Notes: generated by a model not told the origin, from the sequence alone. A stretch of DNA of 64,000 bases from Paraspadella gotoi (GCA_051294375.1 CM119264.1:12340263-12404262), one strand, 5' to 3'. Shown: positions 10,819-24,995, counted from the first letter of the stretch. Program-made: numbers and translations.

Positions 10819-12443
10819 TATTGAAATAATAAATATATTTTCTGTAAGTAAAAAATTAAATCAAAAATAAATATTACAATGAGGTCAGAGGCGGCGAGAT
10901 GGAGGGACACCCTCGCCCCAGAAGAGAAGAGAGAAAAAAAGAAGGAAAGAAAAGAAGAAAAAAAGGAGAAATTTGAGCACTGGAGCAATTTTCAAGGCAG
11001 AAATTCGGTAATCGAAAACTAAAAAAACTAAAATTATGGAGAGCTGGGGAGGACCTGGCCTGAGTTAGGTCCTTTTTTTCAAAAATAAAATAGACGAATT
11101 TAGATCGATACCTAATATGACCCAAAATCATCTAGTAACTGGCACCACTTGTAATTATTTTTCGGCGCCATGTTGTAAAAAAATATTGCAAAAATCGAGA
11201 CGGGCGACGACTTGCACGGCCCACCAGTTCTGACTGCAATCTCGAGTGTACCGAGTGTATCTTTTATGAATATTTAACTCACTCAATTGATTTATTCTTT
11301 AGTTGGAACTCACCGTAGTGACGTAAGAGTATTTCAATCATTTTGATTTTTTTTGGGGGGGGAACGTCCAGAAAATTAATCATCATTAATTGCAAAAGAC
11401 CTAACAATTATTAATATTATTTCATTTATTAACTAAGCTTTAGGCGTTTCTTTTATCTTATTTCTTCCGTTACTGAGTTACCATGCGACATCTGTAATTG
11501 AGAATCTCGCTCGAAAAATTTTTTTTAGGTTTTTGTTTTAATTTATTGTTGATTGTTGATTGTTTTTATAAGAGACAAGTATAATATCATGAAAATATTA
11601 CTACTTGATATTTTATAATCAAAGAATGAGATAATAAAGATGATCTCTGTAGATTTCTATCTTCTCGCCCGCGGAAAATAACATTCAAGCGTCGCCCGTC
11701 CAAAAATGAGTCGACAAGAGTTCCAAACATATGTTTATTGTTTAATGAGAGAAAACAGTAAAAAATAAGGGCGAGAAACTCGTAGAAAGTTTCAGACAGA
11801 CGATTGTGATTCGGTCATAAAAAACGAATGCAAACAGACCCGTTTCTGGGTAAAGCATCGATATAACCAAAGCAACAATTCACCATTTAAACGTATAGAG
11901 AAATTTGTACTTATCGGGTCACAACTGACACAAGTGATTGAATTTTAAGACGAGGCAAGAAATTCTTCAATCTCACTGTAGCCAACTAGCCATGTCTGAG
12001 AGCTAAAAAAATATCAATGCTCACATTTTTTTTTAAATGACCAGTAATTACATTCTTTTCTTGAAAAAAATCACAGGTTTAAAAATCAAAATCTAAATGT
12101 GCACAAAAAGGAAAGAGGCGAAGTGAAAAATCATCTCGAGATCGGAAAATGAGTAGTAGGGTGGAGTGATGGAAAAATTAAGCGAGTTAACAATATTTTT
12201 TGCTGCCTCTTTATACAAGGTAATACACTGTAACCCACCGCTAAAAAAGAATAACCACTGGTGAAACTTTAGTTTTTTTAAAGTAAAAACCAAAATAATT
12301 TATATATTCAAATTTAAAATTGATTGGTTTTGATTTGACTTAGCAATCAGTGGAAAAAAGATACCTTCAAAATAATTTTTATTGAAAAAAATTCTTCAAT
12401 TTTTTATCTAACTTTCAGGACATTTTTTTAAAAAAAAATTAAT

Positions 12444-12583
12444 AAAGTTTGGAAATATTTTCGTCAACGATTTTATTTATTATACGGACATGTTTTGACT
12501 CTTCATTTCGAGTCTTCATCAGCGGTAATGATCATTAATAATAATAATAAATAAAATCGTTGACAAAAATATTTCCAAACTTT
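12444..12583 (-). ncRNA. Minimal type-I hammerhead ribozyme motif (Penelope-like) flanked by a 40-bp inverted repeat
   Basis: Minus strand 12525->12486 reads ccg-CTGATGA-A-GACTC-gaaatgaa-GAGTC-AAAA-CATGTC-cg (G12->A). Flanks 12444-12483 and 12544-12583 are reverse complements. Confidence 0.7.
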
Positions 12584-13253
12584 GTTAAATCTCTATACTC
12601 AACGAAGCCGAAAGGATTAAACACAATGGCTAAAAAAAAATTATATAAAAAAAATCGATATTTATATATTTTAAAAGCTTTTGAAAATATAAAAAGAATG
12701 GCATAATTAAAAATACTGTAACATAAAAATTAATTTATCGATATTGTTGAATTAAAAATCGCTAAAGAGTAGGTTTAGCATTATTATTAAATTATTGTTA
12801 GTTATTTTAATTCAATCTTTCTCAAGCTTTTTTATGATACTAATATAAATAATAATTGGTTAGATGATTATAATTAAAATAGGTTAAGTATTTGAAAAAA
12901 ATAAATTTTAGGATTTTTTAAAATTATTTTTATTATTTTTAATTAATTTTATTAAATTAAAGCTGGCTAGGCTTATGTTTATTTTACAATATTCTTAAAT
13001 ATGCTATTTTCTTAAAATTTTTAAAAGCTTTCAGAAAATATTAATATTGATACTTTATGTAAATTTTTAAAAAAAATGTTCAGAAAGTTAGATAAAAAGA
13101 GAGTAAAAAAGTAAAAAAAAAAATAACCTTTTTTTAAAAATTTTGATATTGAAGACATTGGAATTTTTTATAGCATGTTTTATATTTTTGGTTTAACTAA
13201 AATTTAAATCTTAAAAAACAATTTTTAATTTTTTTTATTTCAGAAGGGTAATA

Positions 13254-13975
13254 CTATAAATTGCACTTTGCTTTTCTATTCCCGAAACATAATAAACAAA
13301 ATATTTTTTTTATTTGATAATCATAAATTTATTATTGTTAATTGACTCAAATCAAAGTGCTGTTCCAGAGAGCTCCACTCTAATTAGCCATAGCCGATGA
13401 AATTTAAATGCTAATGTATTTACAGCGTTAAAATAATCTATCAAGACCATAGATTATGGTATTAAAATATTTTTGTCAAAAATGCTTTCTTCTGAGCGTA
13501 CTCGCCTAATTAAAAATATTATATTACTATATAGAGCAAAAATATTTTTTTTAAATCTTAAAATTTTTTGATGGATTCTGATAGAGCATAAAAAGTTAAA
13601 CAAGAAATATAATTACAGCTTTTAAAAATTCTTACGTTTTCTAAGTGAAAATATAAAAAAACTGATAAAATCATCGAAAGATGATGATGATGATGATGAT
13701 TTTTTATAGTTTTTCTTATTTTTGACACACTTATCATAAAAATATTTAAAAAAGAATCATACTTTGTGTAGACAACTTTTTATGAGCTATCTGAATCTGG
13801 TCTTAAAATTTAAAAATTCAAAAAAAAATTTTTTGCCTTTCCATATCTATAAATTGCATTTTGCTTTTCTGTTCCCGAAACATAATAAATAAAATATTTT
13901 TTTAATTGATAATCATAAAATTATTATTGTTAAGTAACTCAAATCAAAGTGCTGTTCCCGAGAGCTCCACTCTAA
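13254..13975. repeat. ~130-bp direct repeats (13254-13384 and 13848-13975) bracketing an AT-rich foldback, MITE-like segment
   Basis: CTATAAATTGCA(C/T)TTTGCTTTTCT...CAAATCAAAGTGCTGTTCC(A/C)GAGAGCTCCACTCTAAT occurs twice. Inner segments 13528-13610 and 13758-13846 are degenerate reverse complements. Confidence 0.7.
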
Positions 13976-15797
13976 TGAGCAGGTTCGGGTGGGGGATAGG
14001 ACATAATAGTGTCCGAGGAAAAAAGGGGAAGAGTTAATGGGAAGGGAAATAAATGAGGAGGCCAGGTGAATTCTCATGACCTCGGCTCGGGCACCAAATT
14101 CCGTTTAAACGACGACGAAAAACAAAAAGTCTTTCGCCCCTCCCGACCCTCTCGCAAATCTGTCCGAATCAATGGGGAAACGACTCTCTCTCTCTCTCTC
14201 TCTTTCTCTTCTCGTGATGAGTGGAATTCCCACGCTCAGCACGTACTAACTCGCTTAAAGTTCTCTTTCCCCCTTCCCCTTTTTTTCATGTTTCCCTTTG
14301 CTTTTGTGTAACAATCACCGAACCCAAATAGAAACACTCTCCAGCCAAGAGATTTATGAAATTGTCGATTATTCGTTTTTTTTTCTTTTCATTTTCCTTT
14401 TCGTTCATTATCCTCGCTTTCCTTATTTGTTACGCTAAACGAAATATTTTTTTTTTCTGGCGCCACCGGTCGGAAAGTAAAATTGTAAATGGACAAGGAT
14501 GCTGTATCCAGTGGGCAATAATCTTCGCGTGGCTCTCACTTTTTCTTTATTTAAAAAAAAATTAGCTAAAGCGTATAATTAATTTTTTCCCATTCTTTTA
14601 GTTTTACTTTTTTCCTTCTCTTCATTTTTTCCGCTTTCACATTCAAGTTATTCTTTTATCTTTCTAAGCTTATGTATTCTTTTAAAATCTATGGACCAAC
14701 AGACAGAAAAGCGTCTCATAACGATATAGTAGCGTGTACACCCGACTAGAAAAAAAATCTTTGATGTATACCAAAATATCGGTGTTAAATTCTTTATTGA
14801 ATCCTAAAAAGTTTCAAGCGAAGAGTAAAGACAAGAATAAAGCAGCACCGTGTAGGCACCGCTTTCAGGCGGCGTTCGATTGACCCGCATCATAAAAGCG
14901 GTACTCAACCGCAGCGCTCTATGGTTGAGGCGGCGAAGAAAACGAAAACGGAATTGAATAAAATCGCCATTAAGCCGCCGCTGAGACAACAACTAGGGAA
15001 ACGCGCGCGAGAGGGTCGATGTCAGAGTGGGGAACGGGGTATGGTGGCGAGAGTATGGCGGGAGCGGTTGATATGGTGACTGCACGAAAACCTTACTGGG
15101 TTTCCAGTCTCTCGTTAACTGCTTAATTTCCATATAATTTTGTTCCAACAGTGTTATTTAATATTAAATTTAAAACAGCTTTATGGTAGGCGACGTTTTT
15201 AAAATTTTTTAGGCCTTTTACTTGTTACAATTCTCTGCTGATCAATCTCAAAGAAAGACTAATTTTAATGTTTCTCTTTTACGAACACAACGTTCGTGCC
15301 AGTTGTATTCGGGTCGGGAGGGCGACTGCTAAAAAAGCTTCGGCTCCGGCTGAGATGGCGTCGTCATCGGCGGCGATGGCAGCGGCGGCGATGGCATTGA
15401 CGGTTGCCATCGGCGTCAGCGTCGAACGCCAACTTCTCCGCGGTCGGAGACGTAAGAAAAAATGGANNNNNNNNNNCCATTATCCTTTCGGTTTTATACG
15501 GGGTTTTGTTAGCAGGGAACGAACGAATTTCAACTAAAAAAAACTTTTATTTTAAAAATAACTTTAAATAAGCGGTTTTATTTAATACGAACCAGCAACC
15601 CCTCTGGTTTACCCGTCCTCCTTTCTTTTTGTTAACTCTAGCTCCTCCTCTTTGTTTCTTTCTTTCGCTCCGCAGATAAAATTGTTATAAATAATAACAA
15701 TGACGCGAATAGTCGATTTTCCTTTCAGCTTTTCTTATGTATAAAGCGATGGCTGTGCACAAAAATATCACGGCAGAGGCGCGTTGGCGGTTCAGTG

Positions 15798-15859
<62 letters not shown>

Positions 15860-16940
15860 TATAGTCAATAATGCCTAATTTAGGGACGTGGCATCACAAT
15901 GACTGACACTGCCACATCTATAAAACTTTAATGGGAAAATTAAAAAGTTTGAAAGAACTGCTGGGATTCATTGACAGTTTTTATTTTGTGCCTTTTATTA
16001 GCCTTCCATTTGCTCAATTTGAAATAAAACGTATAATCATAATTCATAAATACAGATCTTGACAAACCTTTCGATTTAATTTTATTTTATGCTTGACTTC
16101 TCTTTCTGTCTTTTCTTTTAAACACGAAGTTTGTTTTTTTTGCTGATACCTCCTACGATTTTCACATTCTTTCTATGATAAAAACTCTCATTAGACGCCT
16201 CTTACAGTCATTATTATTGACAAAAAATAAAAGGCGAAGTAATTAAAGATTTAAAGACGACTTTCGACGTTAGAGAATAAAACAGATGAGCCGGAGACAA
16301 AATAACAAATAGGAATAATAATGCATAAAAACTATACGAAGGATTTAATAGTTTTTGTTGCAACGATTGATTTTTTTACGTCGTTAATTCAATGTCGAAT
16401 GTTAACGCGGGACCCAAGCGTTTCTAAATAACTGCTAAACAAAAACTAAAAATAAATTATAAAGAACAAAGAAAACATAGAAACAAAATGATATCCAAAC
16501 AGTAAAGTAAGATTACGTAAAACGATAAGAAAGGAACAGAGGGGGAAATAAAAAGGGGGAAAAAAAAAGGTGAAAACGATCCTCTCTTCTCTTCCTCTGC
16601 TAATGAGTGAAGCGATCATTAGCATCAAGTAAAAAGAACCGAAGAAGTGGAGAGACTCACCCAACGTTTGCACCAAAGAGAAAACACGCTCTCCCTTTTT
16701 TTAAATTTATTTTCTCTTACCTCTCTTTATACTTTCCTTCCTTTTCTCTTTTCTCTTATCTCTTATCTCTTATCTCTTACATGTCTTTGATTTTTTCCTT
16801 TTCACTTTTCCTTACTCCCGGCCGATCCTCCCAAACAAATCAAACCGGATAAACACATAAATAAAACAAAACGGAAGAAATAAAACCGAATAATCTCGCA
16901 TGAAGCGGCGGACGATAAAACGAAACGCGCTCAGGTTTTT

Positions 16941-16971
<31 letters not shown>

Positions 16972-17342
16972 GTTATTTTTTGTGCCTCGTTGCTGGGAAG
17001 TGTTGAGCTACTGGCATTAAGCGTTACAAACTAATGTTATATCTATGGCAAGGAAGAGAGAAAGAGAACATAGAGACGATAGAGAGAAAGAGATTAGAGA
17101 AGTAGGAGCAGGTACTCATAATCCCGCTTTTTTTTCTTGCCATAATGATCACACGTTAAAACGTTAACGACTTTCGTGTTTCTTTTGTTTATTCCAATTC
17201 TTTTGTTTCGCTTATAAGTTTTTCGACGCGGCAACGCGTCCCGATAGAAAAGCTTTTCATTTGGTTAACAAAAACGTCAAATGCCGGCCCAGAAGACATA
17301 AGTTAATTGTGTAGTGGTAGTATTTCATACCCCACTACTCGT

Positions 17343-17650
17343 CCGAGATTCAGCAGCACCTATGGCGCCGGAGGTAGCACGAGCTCCTCCCAACCCAAAG
17401 GAATCGGGTTCGCGCCCTACTGATTCACACAAGTAAAAGCGGGACGGGGCGTCTAATCCACCTGTAGTGTCGGACTACAGCCCGATCCGAAGTTCGGGAC
17501 CTTGTGTGCAACGGACGGTAAACTGCTCGCGGCATCGTCTTCCACAATTGAAAATAACTGAGGACAACTATCTAACTAATTAACTAACTAACTAACTTTT
17601 ATACTTTTACTTACTTTTACTAACTTACTTAATTACTTACTTACTTACTT
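17343..17650 (+). mobile_element. tRNA-derived SINE with (ACTA)n/(TTAC)n tail
   Basis: A-box-like TGGCGCCGGAGG at ~17363, B-box-like GGTTCGCGCCC at ~17407, a GC-rich body, and a simple-repeat tail at 17567-17650. Confidence 0.7.
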
Positions 17651-19080
17651 GTCAGTTTACTCTTTGTGTCTCAATAGTCATCGCATCGCTGGACCTGCTG
17701 GTTCCTTTCTTCTTTTTTTGTCGCTCAAATCGCTCGTGGCGCCAGTGGTAGAAAGACGAAAGCGTCGACGATGGTAGAGACGATGAGATGACGATCGCGA
17801 CCGGAGACGTCGGAAGACGAAGCCGCAAGAGAGAGACAATGACGACGGGCGAAGTTATTATTTCTTAAAGGAGACGTCATCAAAAAATAAAACGAATTAA
17901 GATTTTAGAGTGCATTATAACAAGTTAGTTTATTAAATACTTTTTGTATTGGTTGTACCAATTTCACATTGTATGTCCCGCTAATGCCTCTATCGATTAA
18001 GGAAATACAAAATCGGATTGACTACTAAGGAAATGAGAGACCGCAACGACCCGGATGACCACTGAAAAAAAGATTACAAAGACTTGCTCGTGAATTATGT
18101 GTAATTCGGAAGAAATGGAGCCTCTGGGATTTTTTGTCGCGAAAGCACAAGAGAAATAGCGATTGATCGACCAACTTCCATTAACCGAGCCGAGGTTCAT
18201 TGGCTCATCGTCAAAATTTTCTTCTTTTCACAAAGCTTTTTAAAAAAATCACGGAGTTCTATTTTTGAAAGGAAAACTCCCGAGAAGAGGTCCGTCTCGC
18301 CGAGAACGAACATCTTCAACAAAGACAATTTATTCGCTCGAATGAATACCTCACGAACCATCGCGTCGCCAAGAAAATTTGACGTATAATAAGTGGAGGA
18401 CTGACACCACAGTCCAAACGGAGGATAAAAGGAGGACAAAGAAAAATTCAGTTTGTAAAGAGAGTCTCTCGCAAATGAAGGCGTAACAATAACCGAATAA
18501 AACATTAGTCCGTGGTTTATGTCGTTAAAAGTCCGTTTACTTGTTGACTTCTGGAGGGCGAGGAGAGAGAGAGAGAAAAAAAAACTGGGGAGGAAAGGAG
18601 GGAGCGGTGGAGTAAGGGAGAGAGTAAGAGAGTCAATGAATCAAATTGTCAAATTTTATTTTTCGTTACGTTTGACGAAATAGTACATGGATTCGTAGAC
18701 AATGAAAAAAGAGACCGAAGAAAACGCAGTCGTTTTATTACAAATTTAAGCAATTCTTTTAATCTTGAAAAAAGCTTAGGGTGTTAAAAAAACAAGAACG
18801 GTAATTCAAATGTGTTGCGCCGCAGTGACTGCCTTATCACGGGTATTTCTCGTGACATGACATGATGTGACGCTACATGACATGATTACATGACTACAAT
18901 AACTTTCTTAGCCTGCGTATTTATGACACGCACTTCATCGGAATTTTGTCTTTTATTCCTTATAGTTTTAGGATTTCCTGAAGGCGGCGCTAGCAGTCCC
19001 TTAGATTTGAGGTTTTTTTCTGTCTTAACAAATGGGCAACCAACTATAGGAAAATTATATGCATTTTTAACGTAAGTGGT

Positions 19081-19156
19081 ACAGACCGAAAGACAGGCAG
19101 ACCGACCGAAAAGTGACTTCTAGAGTTACTCCGCGAGTACTCGCGGCGCAACTAAT
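19081..19156. mobile_element. HINE/DINE-1-like (Helentron-associated) element end; other copies at 26810-26910 and 39710-39810
   Basis: (GACA/GACC)n microsatellite followed by GAAAAGTGACTT(A/C)TAG(A/T)GTT(A/G)CTCCGCG, then a palindrome CCGCGAGTACTCGCGG in this copy, and an A-rich end. This matches the layout of DINE/HINE termini. Confidence 0.55.
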
Positions 19157-19548
19157 AAGCGAAAATAATTTCACAGCAATCTGTTGAGTCGTTGACTCTC
19201 AAATGTTTTCACGTTTCGAATATATTATTTTATGTTTCCCGATTACTTTTAAATGAGACATTTTTCTCCCCTAACTGATGCCCGCAACATCGGAGCGGCC
19301 GACTTCTCCGCTCCAATCGAAAGCCGTCTTCCGTCTTTCAAAACCAGACGCGTCTTCATTTAAATTTCAAAGTCGATTCGTCTCTTTTTTGTTTCTTAAA
19401 TCGCGCGTCGCTTCTTCGTGTCTCTTTGTGTCTCTCTCTCTCTATCTCTGTTTCTTTGTCTGACACTCACTCTCGCTTTTTCCCTTTCTCGCTGCTCTCT
19501 GTTTCTTAAATTAGGTTTTGCTTCTGTCATGCTGTCATTCCACTCTCT

Positions 19549-19597
<49 letters not shown>

Positions 19598-20459
19598 TTC
19601 TAAATTTTGTACTTATATCTTACCAAGTCTTAAAAGTAACACCAGAAAGGACATTGTTTATTTTTGAGCCTTTGTTTCTTTTCGTCTCCTCGCTCCTGCC
19701 TTCTTCCGCTGCCCTTTTGTTTTTAAAATCGGATTTGGCTTCTTGTTTCTCTCTCGCTGTCTCTCCTTGAATCTCCTTTCCCGCACCGATGACGAAGACG
19801 TAACCTCGTTGACGCGGTTTGCAAATTTCTCTAAATCCTCTCGTCAAACGCCGTTTGAAATTTTCAAACCAGAGCCAAAGCGGAGGATGGATGCCGTTTT
19901 AAAATGAAAACAGAATGAGAGAACGCTTAAAACAGACAAAAAATAGGAAACAAAGTAACACACAGATTTGATTTTAAACTTGAACTTATAATTTTTTGTT
20001 TTAATATTATCATGACTAAAAAAACGATAGGCAGAAAAATTTAAGTCTAACACGTGATCAGATAAATCAGAAGAGTAGAAAGAGAGATATAAAAAAAAAA
20101 TCCCTAAATCTGGATTCTCTTCTTTCGATTCGTTTTTGATCCCAGACAAAAAAAAACCTCTGAAGTCAGCGCCTTTTCTGAAATTGCCGCGGGGAGCAGC
20201 GGTGGGGAAAGCCGGATGGGCGAAGGCGGGAATGGCGGGTTTGAATGGAAAGGGGCAATGCTCGGGAGCTAAGATGTGATTGGTAAATGGCAATTGCTGG
20301 CGAAAGCGGTGTGGTAAAAATGCTTTGGGCGATGCACGAACAACGAAAGACAAAGGACAAAATGTGGTTGGTGCGTCGGCGTGTGCGTCGTGTCTAATAT
20401 GGAAAAGGATGCAATCCGAATTATACGAAATATAATAAAAAGAGTTTGACGTGACCGAG

Positions 20460-20773
20460 AGAAGTGGGGGTCGATATTCTCTTTTGACAGTGTGGTTGTC
20501 TCCTCCCCACTTTGTTTGCAAATGCCTTGCCTTCCAGAACTTTAGATCCGACGGTGAGCTTTCTGCCGGGAGGCTTTGTGGATAAGGCGCTAAGTGGGGC
20601 TGAAGAGTGCTATCCGCAACTTCTTTAACCCCTCTTAGCAGCCATGGAACGGGTCCTGGGCTTGGAACCAGGCTTGAGGTTTTCCACGCCCCAAGGGGGT
20701 CACTGTCGTCCTCAGCAACCGGGTACCTTGTGGTCATGAGCTGGTGGCTTTACTCAATGAGCCACCTTGTCAC
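20460..20773 (-). mobile_element. tRNA(Met)-like SINE; diverged relatives at 56705-56855 and 61016-61167 (both minus)
   Basis: Minus-strand head GTGAC...TGGCTCATTGAGTAAAGC...CAGCTCATGA(C/A)CACAAGGTACC has an A box and a CAT anticodon-like loop. B-box-like GGTTTCAATCC is present in the 56.8 and 61.1 kb copies. The body CCTGGTTCCA...GGACCCGTTCC is shared. Confidence 0.7.
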
Positions 20774-20786
20774 GATTGAAGGTTAA

Positions 20787-21376
20787 GGCGTAGTGAAGTT
20801 ACATACGAAATTCTAAAAGTCAATTATGAACAACCTACATCAGTGAACATTAATTTGTAAAAAATTAATTGATGTTTTTTAATTTTCGTCAGTAGGCTAT
20901 ATTTATATATAGTACTATCCTTATAAAATCGAAAAATTTCAAATGGCTTTCTTATTTTGATTGCAGATTTGAATCCTCATCAAAAGTTGATAAAAGAAAA
21001 TATAAATCTTTTTTAAAAAATTATTTTATTAAGCGAGTTAAAATTAAAAAACTATTTAATATATAAAGTTTATTTTCCAGTTTAAAATATAGCTTTTTCT
21101 TAATTTTTGACCACATTAATGAAAGAGTTTTTAAAAAGAGTTATATTTCTTTTTATCAACTTTTATGACGAATCCAAATCTGCAAAAAAATCTTAGAAAA
21201 AAACTGTTTTGAAATTTTAACATTTATTGGTTTAGTACTAGTATAAATATGGCCTACTGCGTAAATTGTTAAATTTATTATAAATTTTTTAATTATATAA
21301 ATGTTCATTAGTATAATGTTGTTCGTTCCTCACTTTAGAATTTTAATTAAAGTTAAATTAGAAATTTTACTACGCC
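20787..21376. mobile_element. ~590-bp foldback MITE, Kolobok-like termini
   Basis: TTAA|GGCGTAGTGAA ... TTTTACTACGCC|TTAT. The arms stay imperfectly complementary almost to the centre (for example GCAGATTTGAATCCTCATCAAAAGTTGATAAAAG vs TTTTTATCAACTTTTATGACGAATCCAAATCTGC). A TTAA target with RR..YY ends fits Kolobok; superfamily assignment is inferred. Confidence 0.75.
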
Positions 21377-22824
21377 TTATGAGGTGTCATGCTTGTTGGC
21401 GGGATGAACTTATGCAATGCCCGACTACAGTTTATAACCAGACCCTCACATTTTACACGACCGTTATCTATCAGGGCTAGAACCAGACAGAGATGAAGAC
21501 TGAAAGTGATCTATTACGGTACTTAGAGATGGAACATTGGAATCGCCACATCCAACGTCACTCCGCATTCGTGATACGAAAGACGCGACGGCAACGGAAA
21601 ATCGGAAACGGCGTTTGGAGGTAATTGGGCGACGAAATTTGATACGCGAGTTTTCAAAGGAAAATTCGGTGCAGGAATCGAATTGGAGGAAGATCGTGGA
21701 ATGAAAAATAGCGGAAGAGGAATTCAAAGTGAAAGAAGGAAAATATTCAAAGGTGAAAGGAAAAAAAAAAAGAGAATCATGAAATAAGAGAAGAAATCGA
21801 TGAATTGGAAAGAGGATATCACGGAAGAAGAAGGAGAAAAGAAAACGGGAGAGAAAATCACGGAGGTGATCACTGAATATTCAATTTAAATGCACGAAAT
21901 AAAAGGATTGAATGCCGTTGGAATCTGGAAATAAGACGTAGTAAATGTATTTTGCGAATATCCAAAAATAGAACCGGAACTATGCCTAATTAAAAATTTT
22001 AAAAGTGTTGGGAAACGTTAAAAAAAAATATGTATTACATGTATTATTATGCGAGTAGGCAAATACGAGCAAAATGCTTTGAACTAATCCATTGCCAAAA
22101 GTATTTAAGTAAAACATTAAAATTGTTATTTCAGTTGAGTGATGTGGAAAAGAAAAGAAAAGCTAGAGAAGAAATAAACGGTTTTATGGAGGGGAAAGGA
22201 AATTTGAAGGAAAATGGAGAAGAAGAAAAAAGAGAATAATTAGACACGTGGGGAGAATTAGCAGAAAAGCTTGGGGAAGAAGAGGGGGGGGGAACAAAAT
22301 GTCGGGTTGAAAATTGAAAGAGAGAGAAGGGGAAGAAAGTTGTGGGGAGGAGGGGGAAAGACAAATGTGGGGTCGGGTATCGATTGCTGTTGTAAAGGAA
22401 AAGACGAATGAAACAGCTGTAAAAAATTAATTGCACCGAGAAAAAGCTTGCAATTCCTCTCTTAACTGTTTTCGAGGAAAGTAGAGGGAAAGAACCGGTT
22501 TTTCAAGCGTTTCAGAGAATACAATTTACGCGGAGTAAAGTGTTTCTTCCTGTTTCTTCCCTTCTATCATGATACTAATTTCTCGCGCGCGTCATTTCAT
22601 CTTTCCTTCCTTCTTCTGCCTGAGTCAAATTCACATAATTGCCTTGTATTCCACCACCTGTCCGAGAATATTCTAACTTTTCTCCGTGAGCCTTACTTTT
22701 CTTTGCTTAATCCTCGACTAGCCACTTCCCCTGCAGTTATTCCCTTGTGACTTATGCCTTCGATTCAACTCTTTTCCTTCCATGAATCCTTGAAAGTTGA
22801 AAGGAATTAAGAAGAGACTTTGCG

Positions 22825-22861
<37 letters not shown>

Positions 22862-23393
22862 ACTCACTTAAGACAGACTTTGCTTAAGCTTCTATTTTAA
22901 ATTTTAAAAAATTCTCTTTTTTTTACCTGAGAGAGTAGAATTGAGAAATATTTTACGTATTTCAAACTCTCGGCTTGAAGTGGTTTTTTTAAAATTTTTA
23001 CTTTCTTTTCTTTTTTTGGTTTTCTTCATCTTCTTACTTGTGAAATGTATTATGAAGAAACTAATTTTATTGATCAGGAATCAGGAGACAAAACATATTT
23101 AAATATCTACATGAAACCACTCACCAAAACAGTACTAAAACTCTTCCTAGCTTTTGAATTCAATTCACTTCTTCCAAAAGTGGAAAAGAAGATACCGAGA
23201 AAACACCAACAAAGAAAAAGCCAAAACAAACTCAAACACGAGCAACAGATGTACACTCTTGCGGCACAAGAGAGCGTATGCTTTTATATGCTGAATATGC
23301 CGCCATATCGAAGTCACGTTTCGACGTGACCCGAATAAACTCGATTCTTGGCCGTTGGTGATTCTCTCTCTCTCTCTCTCTCTCTCTCTAACT

Positions 23394-23482
<89 letters not shown>

Positions 23483-24163
23483 ATCTCTCTCTCTTTCTCT
23501 TTCTCTTCTTTCTCTTTCTCTTCTATGTCTTTTTTTTCTTTCTCTCTCTTTCTCTCTCTCTCTATCTTATTCAAATCTCTGACTCTGCTCTCCATTTTGA
23601 ATCTCCTTCGTTAATCATGTCGAACCGTAAACGTGTTTTTTCGATGTTGAAAAAACGAAGTATGTATAAAAGTATATATATATATATATAAATATATAAA
23701 TAGTAAATATAAATAGATTAATATAGATTTTCCCGCTTTTCTGATAAAATACGGTATCACAAGATTCACTGCAATGGACATCAAAGATTAATTTTTCTTT
23801 ATCTTTTTCTTTAATCGAAAGATGAAGATATTTAAAATGCTTTAGAAAGGATAATATATTAAATAATTTCTCTATTTGCGTTGCATAATAGTTGACATTG
23901 ACGAAGCTGAAGGTCGTAAAACTTGAAGAATTATTAATTTTTTTTTGAGAAAGAAAGATAGAGAGAAAAAAATGGAAAGAAAGGGGGTGGAAAGAGAGAG
24001 ACAGAGAGTCTAAAAAAGGGTCTGTTAAACAAAAGCTCGTCATTAGCGCCAGAAATGAGCGATGAACGTGTGTGAATTTGCGCGAGTGTAAGGGAAAGAG
24101 AGAGAGAGAGAGACGAAAGGAGAAAGACAGCTAGAACAAAAAGAAAGAGAGAATGAGAAAGAT

Positions 24164-24248
<85 letters not shown>

Positions 24249-24901
24249 GGATAGAGAGAGAGGGATAGAAAATCCGATGTCCGACGGGGCGTGTCAAATG
24301 CCCAGCATTCTTCTTCCGGTCATAACGAGGATTTTTTCTCTCTTCCACTCCTTTTTTCCTCTATCCCTTCGATGCTCACTTTACTAAAAGTCGATTTCTT
24401 ATCACTTCTCCTTTCAAAACATTTTTTCTCATAAGATGTTTCTTTTGAGCATCTCTCTCTCTCTCTCTCTCTCCTTGTACAAGCAATATAAAAATTATCC
24501 ACTCATTTAATAAATAAGCTATCTTGCCCCTGACTTTGGACAGGCTTTGGTGGTTTAAGGCCTCCACTTTATATATTATTTATACCTTTCTTTATTCCCC
24601 TAATTAAATCAAATAATCTGAAAGCTCTGGTTAACTTCATAAAATTAAAAACATTATTACGTTTGAGGTTCGTAATTGAAGAAAAATTAAGAAAATACCC
24701 ACTACCCAGTCTCCACGTTTCCACCATGTCCAGTGTCCAGTGTCCACTCGCGCAACCACCATTTTTCATTCCCCTTTCTAATCTTCACCGTTATCTTCAT
24801 TCTCATCAACCCACCTCGCCCCATCTCGCCCCATCTCCATCCCCCACCTCTGGTTTTCGCCTCGTAAATCGCAATCAACGTCGACTTTGAGAGACGAAAT
24901 C

Positions 24902-24995
<94 letters not shown>

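Noticed and set aside
15889-15916. Minus-strand TGGCAGTGTC resembling miR-34
   Set aside because: Only the first 10 nt match and the local hairpin (~28 nt) is too short for a pre-miRNA.
18003-18170. KYKIGLTTKEMRDR resembling a GIY-YIG-like motif
   Set aside because: The frame closes after ~20 codons with no supporting downstream motifs; chance similarity cannot be excluded.
19844-20737. 297-aa minus-strand ORF
   Set aside because: It starts inside a SINE and runs through low-complexity non-coding sequence with no domain signal.
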